A stretch of 64,000 nucleotides of DNA from NCBI GenBank assembly GCA_963718525.1, contig OY970355.1:1-64000 (forward strand). Direction: 5' to 3'. The stretch is from Candidatus Dormiibacterota bacterium. GTDB lineage: Bacteria; Chloroflexota; Dormibacteria; Aeolococcales; Aeolococcaceae. The notes under the pieces were generated by a model. That model did not search any database. It saw only the letters and a program-made list of their open reading frames with translations, and was not told the DNA's origin. The position numbers and the translations under genes are program-made. This document shows positions 48,597 through 59,188 of the stretch, one piece after another (within the stretch, counting starts at the first letter, position 1; each line of letters begins with the position of its first letter).

Positions 48597-49425
48597 ATGG
48601 AGAGCGGGAATATCGCCACGGCGGAACAGTTCCGCGCCGCCTACCGAGAGATCTTCGCGGATGTCGGCGCGCTGGCACATGGCCTCGACGATCAGCGATC
48701 GATGCTGGCGACCGGCTGCCCCGGCTGGACCGTGCGGGACCACGTCGCGCACATCACCGATATCGAGAGCATCCTGATCGGGCGGCCGCGAGTTCGAGCA
48801 CACCGTGCCGGAAGGAATGCCGTACATCCGCAACCAACCAGGGGCGTTCATGGAGATCGGCGTCGATGCCCGCCGGGGCGTCCCCCTTGCGGATCTGCTC
48901 GCCGAATTTCGAGACGTGACCAAGGAGCGGATGGCCCGTCTCGCGACCCTCGAGGATGCGCAGCTCAACAAGATGGGCCGTGGGCTCTTCGGCGAGGCGA
49001 AGGTCCGCTCCATCCTGGCCATCCGGGTCTTCGATCTCTGGGCCCACGAGCAGGACATCCGCCGCGCGCTGCGCGAGCCGGGTGGGCTCGGCGGCGTCGC
49101 AGCAGCGCACAGCCGGGAGCGGATGCTCATGGGCGCGGGAAACGAGCTCCAGGAACGGATCGCGCCGGCCGCGGGGACGGTGGTCGTCTTCGACGTCACG
49201 GGAACGGGCGGAGCACTCCGGGCGATCAGCTTCGACGGCGGAGGTGGACGCGCCGGAGCGACGGTGCCCGGCGCCCCGACGGCGACGCTGCGCCTCGACC
49301 TGCCGACCCTGACCGTCCTCGCCTGCGGCCGTCAGGATGACCCCGATGCGCGCTCGCGAGTTGTCGTCGAAGGTGACCAGAACATGGGAGCGCTCGTGCT
49401 CGAGGACCTGGCGGTCACGCCGTGA
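48597..49425 (+). CDS. maleylpyruvate isomerase (MDMPI/DinB-like) family protein, apparent +1 frameshift near 48792
   Basis: TGCPGWTVRDHVAH in one frame, RVFDLWAHEQDIRRAL in the next; removing 1 nt gives a 275-aa ORF. Confidence 0.8.
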
Positions 49426-49931
49426 CTCTGCGGGTACTCAGCGCGGCATTCATGGCCATGCTGATGCTCGCCGGCTGCGGGCTGCAGCAGGATCTGTCCT
49501 CGGTGCCCAACCTCGGCAATGGGCCGACCGGACCGGCAACGGCGATCAGTGCCCCGACGCTGTCGGGCACGCCGTTCAGCTGGTCGTCCACGCACGATCA
49601 CGTCGTGGTGCTCGACTTCTGGGGCTCATGGTGCGGTCCGTGCAACGCCGAACAGCCGGATCTCAACAAGCTCGCAGCACAGTGGATGCCGAAGGACGTC
49701 ACCTTCCTCGGGGTGGACGAGAACGAATCGAGCGCGAACGGCGCCGCCTATGAGCTGCATTACGCTGTGCCGTTTCCCAGCGTCAACGACGCCAGCGAGG
49801 TCATCGCCTCGGAGTACAACGTGATCGAACCGCCGACGGTGATCATCATCGACAACAAGGGCAACATCGTCGACCGCTTTCTGGGGACGCTGACCGGCGT
49901 GAGCGCCGACCTGACCCGCCTGACCGGATGA
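49422..49931 (+). CDS. TlpA/ResA-family thiol-disulfide oxidoreductase lipoprotein
   Basis: lipobox LAGC, DFWGSWCGPC, cis-Pro PT.IIID..G.I. Confidence 0.9.
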   Translation: MTLRVLSAAFMAMLMLAGCGLQQDLSSVPNLGNGPTGPATAISAPTLSGTPFSWSSTHDHVVVLDFWGSWCGPCNAEQPDLNKLAAQWMPKDVTFLGVDENESSANGAAYELHYAVPFPSVNDASEVIASEYNVIEPPTVIIIDNKGNIVDRFLGTLTGVSADLTRLTG

Positions 49932-51143
49932 GCCAGGTCACGGTCTACGGCGCCCCCTGGTGCCCGGACTGCAAACGAGCCAAGCGCTTCCTGGCGGAGC
50001 AGCGAGTTGCCTATGAGTGGGTGGACATCGACCAGGACGCTGCCGGGCTCCGCCATGTCGAGGAATTGCAGCAGGGTGGCCGCACGATCCCGACCATCGT
50101 CTTCGACGGTACCGATGTGCGCATCGACCCGACCAACGAGGAGCTCGCCCGCAAGCTCGGGCTGACGCTCGAGGCGAAGCGGAGCTGCTACGACCTCGCG
50201 ATCGTCGGCGGCGGACCCGCCGGACTCTGCAGCGGCGATCTATGCGGCGCGAGAGGGCATCGATGCCGTGGTCGTCGAGCGCAGCGGGCTCGGCGGTCAG
50301 GCAGGCGTGACCGAGCGCATCGACAACTATCCCGGGTTTCCGGATGGCGTCGGTGGAGCGGATCTCGCCGAGCGCTTCATCGCCCAGGCTCGTCGCTATG
50401 AGGTCGAGCTGCTCAGCGCGGTGAGCGTCGAGCACGTCGCCCCGGACGGAGCGGTGTCCGGCGATATCTGCGTGCACCTGGCGAGCGGGCAGGAGATCGA
50501 CGCGCACGCGGTGCTGATCGCGTCGGGGTCGTCGTATCGCCGCCTCGGCGTTCCCGGCGAGGAAGAGCTCATCGGCGCCGGCGTCCACTTCTGCGCCACC
50601 TGTGACGGCCCCTTCTACCGCGGGGCCGAGGAGCTTCTCGTCATTGGTGGCGGAAACTCGGCGCTCGAGGAGGGACTGTTCCTGACGAAGTTCGCCACGC
50701 GCGTCCGTATCGTGCAACGCGAGCCGGAGCTCACCGCCTCTCACCTTCTCCAGGACCGGGTGAACAACGACCCACGCTTCGTGGTGCATCGCAACACCGA
50801 GGTCGTCGAGTTCGCCGGCAAGGGCCGCCTCGACTCGGTGCGACTTCGCGATCGCGAGACCGGCCAGGAGCAGGTGGTGACGCCTCGGGCGGCGTTCGTC
50901 TTCATCGGTCTCGATCCCAACACCGGATTCCTTCGCGGCAGCGTGGATCTCGATTCCCGCGGTTTCGTGGACGACAAGGGCGGCTTCACGACCTCCGTTC
51001 CCGGAGTGTTCGCCGCCGGCGACGTCCGCCGTGGCTCGACCAAACAGCTCGGGTCGGCGGTGGGTGACGGCATCGCGGCGCTCCTCGCGATCCGCGAGTA
51101 CCTCGAGGCACACCACGAGGTCGCCCGGCACTCAGAGGACTGA
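49928..51143 (+). CDS. trxB: mycoredoxin/glutaredoxin-thioredoxin reductase fusion, apparent +1 frameshift at about 50228
   Basis: N-terminal WCPDC..TIPTIVF domain; GGGPAGL/AAIYAARE, NYPGF, CATCDG, GGGNSA, GVFAAGD; 404 aa after removing 1 nt. Confidence 0.82.
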
Positions 51144-51155
51144 CCAAGCCCCTGG

Positions 51156-51210
51156 TTGCGTCGAACATGCGGCGTGCTATAGTGCGTAGCGCAATATGGA
51201 AATGCGCACT
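51156..51210 (+). promoter_or_regulatory. sigma70-type promoter and possible PadR operator
   Basis: TTGCGT-16nt-TATAGT with TGn extension; AGTGCG..CGCACT inverted repeat at 51181-51210. Confidence 0.5.
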
Positions 51211-51905
51211 CAGCCAAAGGACATGGTGGCGATCACCACCCTCGGCCTGCTCAGCGAGCAGCCCTGCCACCCATACGAGCTTCAGCGCCTCCTGAAGGAG
51301 CGTCACAAGGGGTACGCGGTGGGCAAGACCCGCAGCCTCTACCGAGCGATCGAAGAGCTCGAGGCGGCGGAGTACATCGAGCCCCTCGAGACCAGCCGGG
51401 AAGGCCGCCGTCCGGAACGGACGGTCTACCGGATCACGCCGGAGGGGCGTGAGGAACTCGAGAACTGGCTCGCCGATCTGCTCTCCACGCCGGTCGACGA
51501 GACCCCAGTGTTCAGGGTCGCTGTGGGGCTCCTCGGCTACATCACCCAGGAGCGAGCCGAGGCCGCGCTCGCGACTCGCGTCGTGAGCCTGCGCGCCAGG
51601 GTCTCTGCGCTCGATGCCACGCTCAAGATGGCCCAGGACGATCTCGGCCTGCCGAGACTCGTCCTGCTCGAGCTCGAGCACGCGCTGGCCCTGGCCACCG
51701 CCGAGATCGACTGGATCCGCTCCATCACCGCAGACATGCAGCGAGGCGTGCTCGTCTGGAACGAGGACCTGATCAGAGCGCACTTCGAGGCGATGCACGC
51801 GGCCGATGCCGAGCGTCGCAACCGGCACCGAGTGAACCATCTTGCGAAGCTGCTGCACCGGCCTGGACAGGAGCACCCAGCAGACATCAACGGGAAGGAG
51901 CAACC

Positions 51906-51909
<4 letters not shown>
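51196..51909 (+). CDS. PadR family transcriptional regulator
   Basis: LGLLSEQPCHPYEL, SLYRAI..L, PERTVYRITPEGR. Confidence 0.92.
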
Positions 51910-52850
<941 letters not shown>

Positions 52851-52862
52851 GAGGGAGCCGAC

Positions 52863-53624
52863 ATGAAGATGCTCAGAGACACGTGGCTGATGTTCCAGCG
52901 CTATCTCATGGTGTTCCTGCGTAACCCGGCGTGGGTTGTGATCGGCGTGCTGCAGCCCGTGCTCTACCTGGTGCTGTTTGCGCCGCTGCTGAAATCACTC
53001 ACGGAGACCCCCGGGTTCCCCTCCGGAGGCGCGTACAACGTGTTCGTTCCCGGTCTGCTCATCCAGCTCGGACTTTTCGGCGCGAGCGGCGTCGGCTTCG
53101 GTCTGATCGCGGAGCTGCGCGCCGGCGTGATCGAACGGTTCCGGGTGACACCGGTGAGCCGCTTCGCGCTGCTGCTCGGGCGCGCGCTTCGCGACATCCT
53201 CACGCTCGTGGTGCAGTCACTGATCCTGCTCCTGCTGGCAATTCCATTCGGTCTGCAGCCGACGGTCTCGGGCGTGTTCGTCATGCTTGGACTGGTTGCG
53301 CTCATCGGGCTCGGCATGTCGTCGCTCGCGTACGCCGCCGCGCTCGCGCTGAAGAGTGAGGACTCGTACGCTCCCCTGATCTTCACGCTGTCACTCCCGC
53401 TGCTGCTGCTCAGCGGCGTGCTGCTCCCCCTGCAGCTCGCACCCCAGTGGCTGCAGCACATCGCGCAGGCGAACCCGCTCTCGTACGCGGTCACCGCCGC
53501 GCGCGATGTGTTCAACGGACACGGCGCGGACCCCGATGTCTTCAAGGGCCTCGCGATCATGGCCGCGCTGGCGGTCGTGGGAGTCATGATCGGGGCTCGC
53601 CGGTTCAGCAGGGCCATCGCCTGA
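52863..53624 (+). CDS. DrrB-like ABC-2 type permease
   Basis: six TM helices, ER..VTP.SR..LLLGR, NPLSY; GGAG SD. Confidence 0.92.
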   Translation: MKMLRDTWLMFQRYLMVFLRNPAWVVIGVLQPVLYLVLFAPLLKSLTETPGFPSGGAYNVFVPGLLIQLGLFGASGVGFGLIAELRAGVIERFRVTPVSRFALLLGRALRDILTLVVQSLILLLLAIPFGLQPTVSGVFVMLGLVALIGLGMSSLAYAAALALKSEDSYAPLIFTLSLPLLLLSGVLLPLQLAPQWLQHIAQANPLSYAVTAARDVFNGHGADPDVFKGLAIMAALAVVGVMIGARRFSRAIA

Positions 53625-53643
53625 GCTCAGCGGCCGAGGCGTC

Positions 53644-53659
53644 CTGACCGGCCGGTCAG
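53644..53659. terminator. palindrome between convergent genes (possible terminator hairpin)
   Basis: CTGACCGGCCGGTCAG perfect palindrome; no U-tract. Confidence 0.35.
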
Positions 53660-53665
53660 ACCGGA

Positions 53666-54055
53666 TCAGCCGGTGAGGGCGGGGGCGTCCTCGAAGCACG
53701 AGCGAACCACGGCCCCGAGCCCCGGCAGGCTGAACGGCTTGGTGATCAGGTGGTTTGCGCCGGCGAGCCGAGCGCGTTCCACGTCCTTGTCCGAGGAGAG
53801 CGACGTGAACACGAGGACCGGCATCGTCTGCGTGCTCGCCTGCGAGCGGATATGCCGGCAGACCTCGATCCCGTCGACGCCGGGCATCATCACGTCGAGG
53901 ATCGCCAGGTCGAACGTCTGGGTCTCGAGCATCGCGAGGGCCTCGCTGCCGTCCGATGCCTCGCACACCTCGAATCCTTCCATGCTGAGATACAGCCCGA
54001 CGACATGCAGCAGTCGTGGCTCATCGTCAGCAAGAAGGATGCGCTGCTGGGTCAA
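53666..54055 (-). CDS. single-domain response regulator (receiver only)
   Basis: ILLADDE, LDVMMPGVDG, TKPF; GGAGG SD before TTG 54055. Confidence 0.9.
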   Translation of the reverse strand: MTQQRILLADDEPRLLHVVGLYLSMEGFEVCEASDGSEALAMLETQTFDLAILDVMMPGVDGIEVCRHIRSQASTQTMPVLVFTSLSSDKDVERARLAGANHLITKPFSLPGLGAVVRSCFEDAPALTG

Positions 54056-54158
54056 GGGATGCGGCCTCCCGGGCGCGTGGACAGGTGCGTCATCGCAGTA
54101 TCGAGCGCCAGAACGATCTGATCTCGGCGACCATCGTTCCGTCACCGGGTGGAGACAT

Positions 54159-54263
54159 ATGCGGCCGACCCCGGCGATCGCCGGCGCCGCTGTGCCGGAT
54201 GATGTGTGCATGGCGGCCGCATCGTCGCGTGATCAGCGCGGAGGCGTGAGCGCTCATGCCTGA
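54159..54263 (+). CDS. putative 34-aa small ORF overlapping the MFS start
   Basis: GGAG SD just upstream of the ATG; stop overlaps the MFS start by 8 nt. Confidence 0.3.
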   Translation: MRPTPAIAGAAVPDDVCMAAASSRDQRGGVSAHA

Positions 54264-55680
54264 GCCCGAGGCGCCCCGGCACCACACCCCGCGGATCCTC
54301 ACGGAACCTCGCCGTCCGGCTCGCATCCGAGAGCTCCACTCGGCGCCCTGGCTCGCGGTGGGGACCGTGTGCGTCGGCGCCTTCATGGGCCAGCTCGACG
54401 CGAGCATCGTGGCCACGGCGCTTCCCGTCATCCGCACCAACCTACACGCATCCATCGCAGGTGTCGAATGGGTGGTGCTGGTCTACGTGCTCGTGCTCGC
54501 CGGATCGGTCGCAGCGGTGGGCAAGATCGCCGATCGCGTCGGCCGGAAGCTCCTCTACACGTATGGCTTTGCCATCTTCGTCGCCGGCTCGGCCGCGTGC
54601 GCGCTTGCTCCATCGCTCGGTTTGCTGGTGCTCGGGAGACTCGTGCAGGCGATCGGGGCGGTGATGCTGCAGGCGAACTCATACGCGCTGATCCGCGACG
54701 TCCTGCCCGCCTCGCGGCTCGGCGCCGGGCTCGGTATTCAGGGCGCTGCACAGGCTGTGGGGCTCAGCGTCGGGCCCGCACTCGGCGGAGCGCTCACTGC
54801 GCTCGGTGGCTGGCGTCTCATCTTCCTCGTCAACGTGCCGATCGGCCTGGTCGGGCTGGTGCTGGGGTGGTTCCTGCTGCCGAGGAGCACGCACCTCGAC
54901 CGGGAGAGCCGCATCGACCCATCCGGGACGCTGCTGCTCGCCGCGATTCCCTCCGCGCTCCTTGCGGCGCTGTCCTTCGCCGCGCAGCGCGGAACGCGGG
55001 AGTGGGTCGAGCCGGGGCTGATCGGCCTGACCGGCGTGCTCGTGATCGCGGCCGTGGCCCGTCAGCGGCGAGTTCCGGGATCGGTCATCGACGCGGCCCT
55101 GGTCCGCGTGCCCGCGTTCGTGGCGGGCGTCAGTGCGGCACTCCTCTCCTATGTCGTGCTGTTCGGCTGCCTGGTCGCCGTCCCGTTCTTCCTGGAGAAG
55201 TCGCTCCACGTCGGGCCTGCGGCTGCGGGGCTCGAGCTCAGCGCGCTTCCCGTGACGCTGGCGCTGGTCGCACCGCTCGGCGGCGCCATCCGGGACCGGG
55301 TCGGCCCGCGCGTACCGACCGCCTTCGGCATGCTGCTCACCGCCGGAGGCATGGCGCTGCTCGCCGTCTCGGCGACCCGGACAGATCTCACCGTTGCGGC
55401 ACTGGGGATCGCGGGCGCCGGGATGGGACTGTTCGTCGCCGCCAACAACGCCGCGACCATGTTCGCGGCTCCTGAGCAGCGGGCCGGCGCCGCGGGAGGG
55501 CTCCTGAACATGGCCAGGGGTCTCGGCACGGCGCTGGGGGTGGCGCTGACATCGCTGGTCTTCGCCTCGGGGCGCGGCATCACGTCGGTCTCCCTGGTGC
55601 TCGTCGCTGTGGCGATCCTCGCGGGGATCATCAGCGTGACGTGGTCGAGCCCGGTGGTACGAGCGGCGTCAGCCGCCTGA
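54256..55680 (+). CDS. DHA2 (EmrB/QacA-like) MFS transporter
   Basis: FMGQLDASIV..ALP, GKIADRVGRK, WRLIFLVNVPIG; 13-14 TM helices. Confidence 0.92.
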   Translation: MPEPEAPRHHTPRILTEPRRPARIRELHSAPWLAVGTVCVGAFMGQLDASIVATALPVIRTNLHASIAGVEWVVLVYVLVLAGSVAAVGKIADRVGRKLLYTYGFAIFVAGSAACALAPSLGLLVLGRLVQAIGAVMLQANSYALIRDVLPASRLGAGLGIQGAAQAVGLSVGPALGGALTALGGWRLIFLVNVPIGLVGLVLGWFLLPRSTHLDRESRIDPSGTLLLAAIPSALLAALSFAAQRGTREWVEPGLIGLTGVLVIAAVARQRRVPGSVIDAALVRVPAFVAGVSAALLSYVVLFGCLVAVPFFLEKSLHVGPAAAGLELSALPVTLALVAPLGGAIRDRVGPRVPTAFGMLLTAGGMALLAVSATRTDLTVAALGIAGAGMGLFVAANNAATMFAAPEQRAGAAGGLLNMARGLGTALGVALTSLVFASGRGITSVSLVLVAVAILAGIISVTWSSPVVRAASAA

Positions 55681-56736
55681 GCCGCCGGTGGCCGGATACC
55701 AGTGGCTCGGCCGCGCGTCGTCACGACGCACCCGGCCCGAGCTCTCGAGAAGCACGAGGTGCGCGAGGGTCTCGCCGATCGCGGCGCGACGCATGTAGCC
55801 GACGATCTGCGACCAATCGCGGGACCACCGCAGCTTTAGGGTGGCGTCCCAGCAAGTGAGCCCCGGTGTGGCGCAGACAGCGGCGTAGGTCTCGTCGAGG
55901 CGGGTGCGGTGATGGTCGAGCAGCTCGTCGACTCTCACGTCGAGGCCTCGGAAACGCCATTCGTGTGCGGGCATCACCTCGTCGACGCCGAGATCGCGGA
56001 CCCGGCGCAGCGCATCGAGGAAGTCGGCAAGCGGGTTCACGCGCTGCTGCACGTGCACACCGACGCTCGGGCTGATGCGCGGGAGCACGTGATCGCCGCT
56101 GAAGAGCAGCTGGTGACCGCGATCATGGAAGCAGACGTGCCCAGGCGAGTGGCCGGGGGTGTGCAGCGCGACGAGGTCCCATCCCGGCACGGGCACGTGG
56201 CCGCGATCCTCGAGGAGGACGTCGGGCTGGATGGCGGCCACGAGCTCGCGAACACCCATCGACGCACCGGTGAGGGGCGCACGCATGTCGTCCGGCACTC
56301 CGGCATCGACGAGCAGGGCATCCATGTCGGCGAGCAGCCCCTCGATGCCGAGGCCATAGCGATCGGGAATGAGCGCCGCATCCGCCGGATGCAGCGCAAC
56401 CCACGCTCCCGACGCCTCACGCAACCGACCAGCGAGTCCGTAGTGGTCGGGGTGAATGTGGGTGATGAGAATCGCTCGGACATCCCCAGGTGTGTACCCG
56501 GCACGCGCCATGCCGGCCACCAGGGCGGCCCAAGCCTCCTCGGTGTTCCATCCCGTGTCGATGACCGCCGCCCCGCCCTCGGACTCGAGCAGGTAGACGA
56601 GCACGTAGCGGAGCGGATTGTCGGGCAGCGGGACCGGGATCGACCAGAGCCCGGACCGAACCTGCTCGACCTCCGGTAATCCCACCGATTCCCAGGAACG
56701 GCGCTGAGCGATTCCGGTGACTTCGATCCCGCCCAC
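55669..56736 (-). CDS. MBL-fold metallo-hydrolase with C-terminal winged helix
   Basis: THIHPDHYG, TPGHSPGH, SGDHVLP, PAHE, ETLAHL. Confidence 0.9.
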   Translation of the reverse strand: MGGIEVTGIAQRRSWESVGLPEVEQVRSGLWSIPVPLPDNPLRYVLVYLLESEGGAAVIDTGWNTEEAWAALVAGMARAGYTPGDVRAILITHIHPDHYGLAGRLREASGAWVALHPADAALIPDRYGLGIEGLLADMDALLVDAGVPDDMRAPLTGASMGVRELVAAIQPDVLLEDRGHVPVPGWDLVALHTPGHSPGHVCFHDRGHQLLFSGDHVLPRISPSVGVHVQQRVNPLADFLDALRRVRDLGVDEVMPAHEWRFRGLDVRVDELLDHHRTRLDETYAAVCATPGLTCWDATLKLRWSRDWSQIVGYMRRAAIGETLAHLVLLESSGRVRRDDARPSHWYPATGGSGG

Positions 56737-56744
56737 AGACGGGA

Positions 56745-57599
56745 TCAGCCGGCCGTGTCGAGGGGATGTGCCGCGAGATGCTCGAGGAAGAGATCCGCAA
56801 CGTCATCCCAGTGTTCGTCGGGGATCCAGTGCGATCCACCCTCGAGCTCGAGCAGGTGATAGTCGCCCGTACAGTGCTCGGCGGTGAGCTCGGTCGCCTC
56901 ACGAGAGAACACCGGGTCGTGGTCGCCCCAGACGTGCAACACCGGGACACGGACCGGGGCCGTGTGCGAACGCTCGGTGCCGAGCGCCCGGTACCAGTTG
57001 AGCGCTCCCGAGGGACCCACCTGGCGCAGCGCCTCAATGTCGCGGTGCGCGTGTGCCGGGCTCAGGCCGGTCGCGGTCAGGAGCGACTCGGCGACGACCC
57101 CGCCCGCTGCCTCGAAGAGGGATTCCGGGACGAGCGGCAGCCGGAGGACCGGGATGTACGCCATTCGCAGGCGCTGCTGCGGTCCCCGGAGCGCCTGGCG
57201 CAGCGCTGCGCTGTGTGGCGTCGATACGGCGGTGAGGGACGCGACCGCCTCCGGATGCTCGCCGCCAAGAGCCCATGCGACGGTCCCACCCCAGTCATGG
57301 CCGGCGACGTGGAATCGGTCCCTGCCGAGAGCGGCGGCGATGCCCAGGACGTCCGCGCAGAGCTCGGACACCCTGTACGCTTCGACGCCCTCGGGGCGCG
57401 CGCCCTCGCAGTACCCGCGCTGGCTCGGCGCGACGGCGTGAAACCCGGCGTCCGACAGCGACGCCAGCGCGTCGTGCCAGCACGTGCCGGTCTGCGGAAA
57501 TCCGTGGAGTAGGAGCACGAGCTCACCAGCGGCGGGACCCGCGGTGAGCGCGTCGAAACGCATGCCCCGTGCCGCTATGGTCGTGCGCCTCACCGCCAC
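56745..57599 (-). CDS. alpha/beta hydrolase, epoxide hydrolase-like
   Basis: LLHGFP, RGY, GHDWGG, LNWYRA, HWIPDE. Confidence 0.9.
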   Translation of the reverse strand: MAVRRTTIAARGMRFDALTAGPAAGELVLLLHGFPQTGTCWHDALASLSDAGFHAVAPSQRGYCEGARPEGVEAYRVSELCADVLGIAAALGRDRFHVAGHDWGGTVAWALGGEHPEAVASLTAVSTPHSAALRQALRGPQQRLRMAYIPVLRLPLVPESLFEAAGGVVAESLLTATGLSPAHAHRDIEALRQVGPSGALNWYRALGTERSHTAPVRVPVLHVWGDHDPVFSREATELTAEHCTGDYHLLELEGGSHWIPDEHWDDVADLFLEHLAAHPLDTAG

Positions 57600-57662
57600 T
57601 GCGAATGGAGCGTAGCAGGCAGCAATGACTGACGATCCGCGTGCGGGCTCGCTTCATGCACC

Positions 57663-58469
57663 ATGGCCGCGATGCCGGAACCGCTGTTCACTCCCAACAA
57701 GCGCGGCTACGTGCCGAGTGACGATGCCCGGGGTCCCTGGGATCGCAGCGCCATGCACGGTGGGCCGCCCGCGGCGCTCATGGCCGCTGTCATGGAAGCG
57801 CTGCCGACCGAGGCGCCGATGGCCATCGTCCGGACCACTGTGGAAATCTTCCGCCCGGTGCCGCTGCGCCCCGTCGAGGTGGCCGCGCGAATCGAGCGCG
57901 AAGGCCGCCGCGTCCAGATGCTGATGGCAACGCTCACCGACGGCAACACCGAGCTGTGCCGAGCCACGGCGTGGCGCATGCGCATTGCCGACCTCGATCT
58001 CGGCGAGCAGCCCGCACCCGAGGTGCCGTTCGCCGGACCCGATGACTCAATTGCGCACGTTCCGGAGAGCGACGATCCTGCATTTCATCGCACCGGGATG
58101 GAGATGCGTTACGCGCGCGGGTCCTTCGAGGACCAGGGGCCAGCGACCGTATGGATGCGCCTCGCCGTGCCGGTCATCGCGGGCCAGACGCCGACACCGC
58201 TGCAGCGCGTGCTCGCCGCCGCCGATTTCGGCAATGGTGTGTCGGCGGCACTGCCGTGGGGACAGTTCCTGTTCATCAACACCGATCTCACCGTGTATCT
58301 GCATCGCCAGCCGGAAGGCGAATGGATCTGTCTCGACGCCAGCACCGACGTCGACGCGCACGGCGTCGGCGTCGCTCACAGCAGGCTCTACGACCAACGC
58401 GGTACGGTCGGCCGCTCGCTGCAGGGCCTGTTCATCGACCGAGTGCGGGTGACGCCACCGCACGCCTGA
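57663..58469 (+). CDS. TesB-like double hot-dog thioesterase family protein
   Basis: GPW...MHGGPP, AADFGNG, FINTDLTVYLHR.P.GEW; possible start 57672. Confidence 0.88.
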   Translation: MAAMPEPLFTPNKRGYVPSDDARGPWDRSAMHGGPPAALMAAVMEALPTEAPMAIVRTTVEIFRPVPLRPVEVAARIEREGRRVQMLMATLTDGNTELCRATAWRMRIADLDLGEQPAPEVPFAGPDDSIAHVPESDDPAFHRTGMEMRYARGSFEDQGPATVWMRLAVPVIAGQTPTPLQRVLAAADFGNGVSAALPWGQFLFINTDLTVYLHRQPEGEWICLDASTDVDAHGVGVAHSRLYDQRGTVGRSLQGLFIDRVRVTPPHA

Positions 58470-58474
58470 CGGTG

Positions 58475-59188
58475 TCAGGGGCCGAGCAGGCTCGCAACCC
58501 GGGGGTCGTCGCGAATGGGCTCGATGTCGGCATCGTCGAGCGCGTGCGCGCGCAGCCCCGGACGGCTCCGAAGCGCCGCGCGCAGCAGTGGCAGCGCGTC
58601 GTCGGCATTGCCATTGCGCGCGAAGAAACAGGCGAAGTTGTAGTCGGCGACTGGCTGGTTCTCGGGGAACAGGTCGGAGTCGAGCGCATGACTCCACGTC
58701 GCCGCCTCCTCTGCTCCGGTCGGGTCGCCGTGCTCGACCGCCCAGTAGCCGAGGTGCTGCGCAACATGGCCGTGACCATTGCCCGGCACGACAAGCCACA
58801 CCGGGCCACCGTTTCCGGAGCGCTCTCGCAGCAAGTCCGCATCGCTGCAGGCGCGAACCGCCTCAATCAGTGCGGCGTAACTCGCAGCCGCGGCCGTACT
58901 GACGGCGGCTGCGGAATCCTCGCGATGCACCTCGTAGATCTCTGCGTTGCGGGCGTCGAGGTCGCTGTCGGTGCTGGGTCCCTCGTATGGCAACTCCAGG
59001 CGCGCGGCGTCGAGCACGCCCACAGCGTGCTCGCGCCATGCGTTGAGATGCGCGATGTTGTCCTTCGCGGTCCAGAGACCGGGCTCGTGCGATGGCGAGT
59101 CGTCGCACAACCCGAGCAACACGGACTCCTTCGTCTGCGCCGCCTCGAGCGACTGCACGAGACGGTCCCGGAGCGACTCGCCAGTCAC
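58475..59188 (-). CDS. DinB-like four-helix protein with C-terminal TPR-like end
   Basis: WTAKDNIAHLNAW, GHVAQH, YNFACFFAR.G...ALPLL..D.D; GTGA overlap with the upstream nuclease. Confidence 0.75.
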   Translation of the reverse strand: MTGESLRDRLVQSLEAAQTKESVLLGLCDDSPSHEPGLWTAKDNIAHLNAWREHAVGVLDAARLELPYEGPSTDSDLDARNAEIYEVHREDSAAAVSTAAAASYAALIEAVRACSDADLLRERSGNGGPVWLVVPGNGHGHVAQHLGYWAVEHGDPTGAEEAATWSHALDSDLFPENQPVADYNFACFFARNGNADDALPLLRAALRSRPGLRAHALDDADIEPIRDDPRVASLLGP

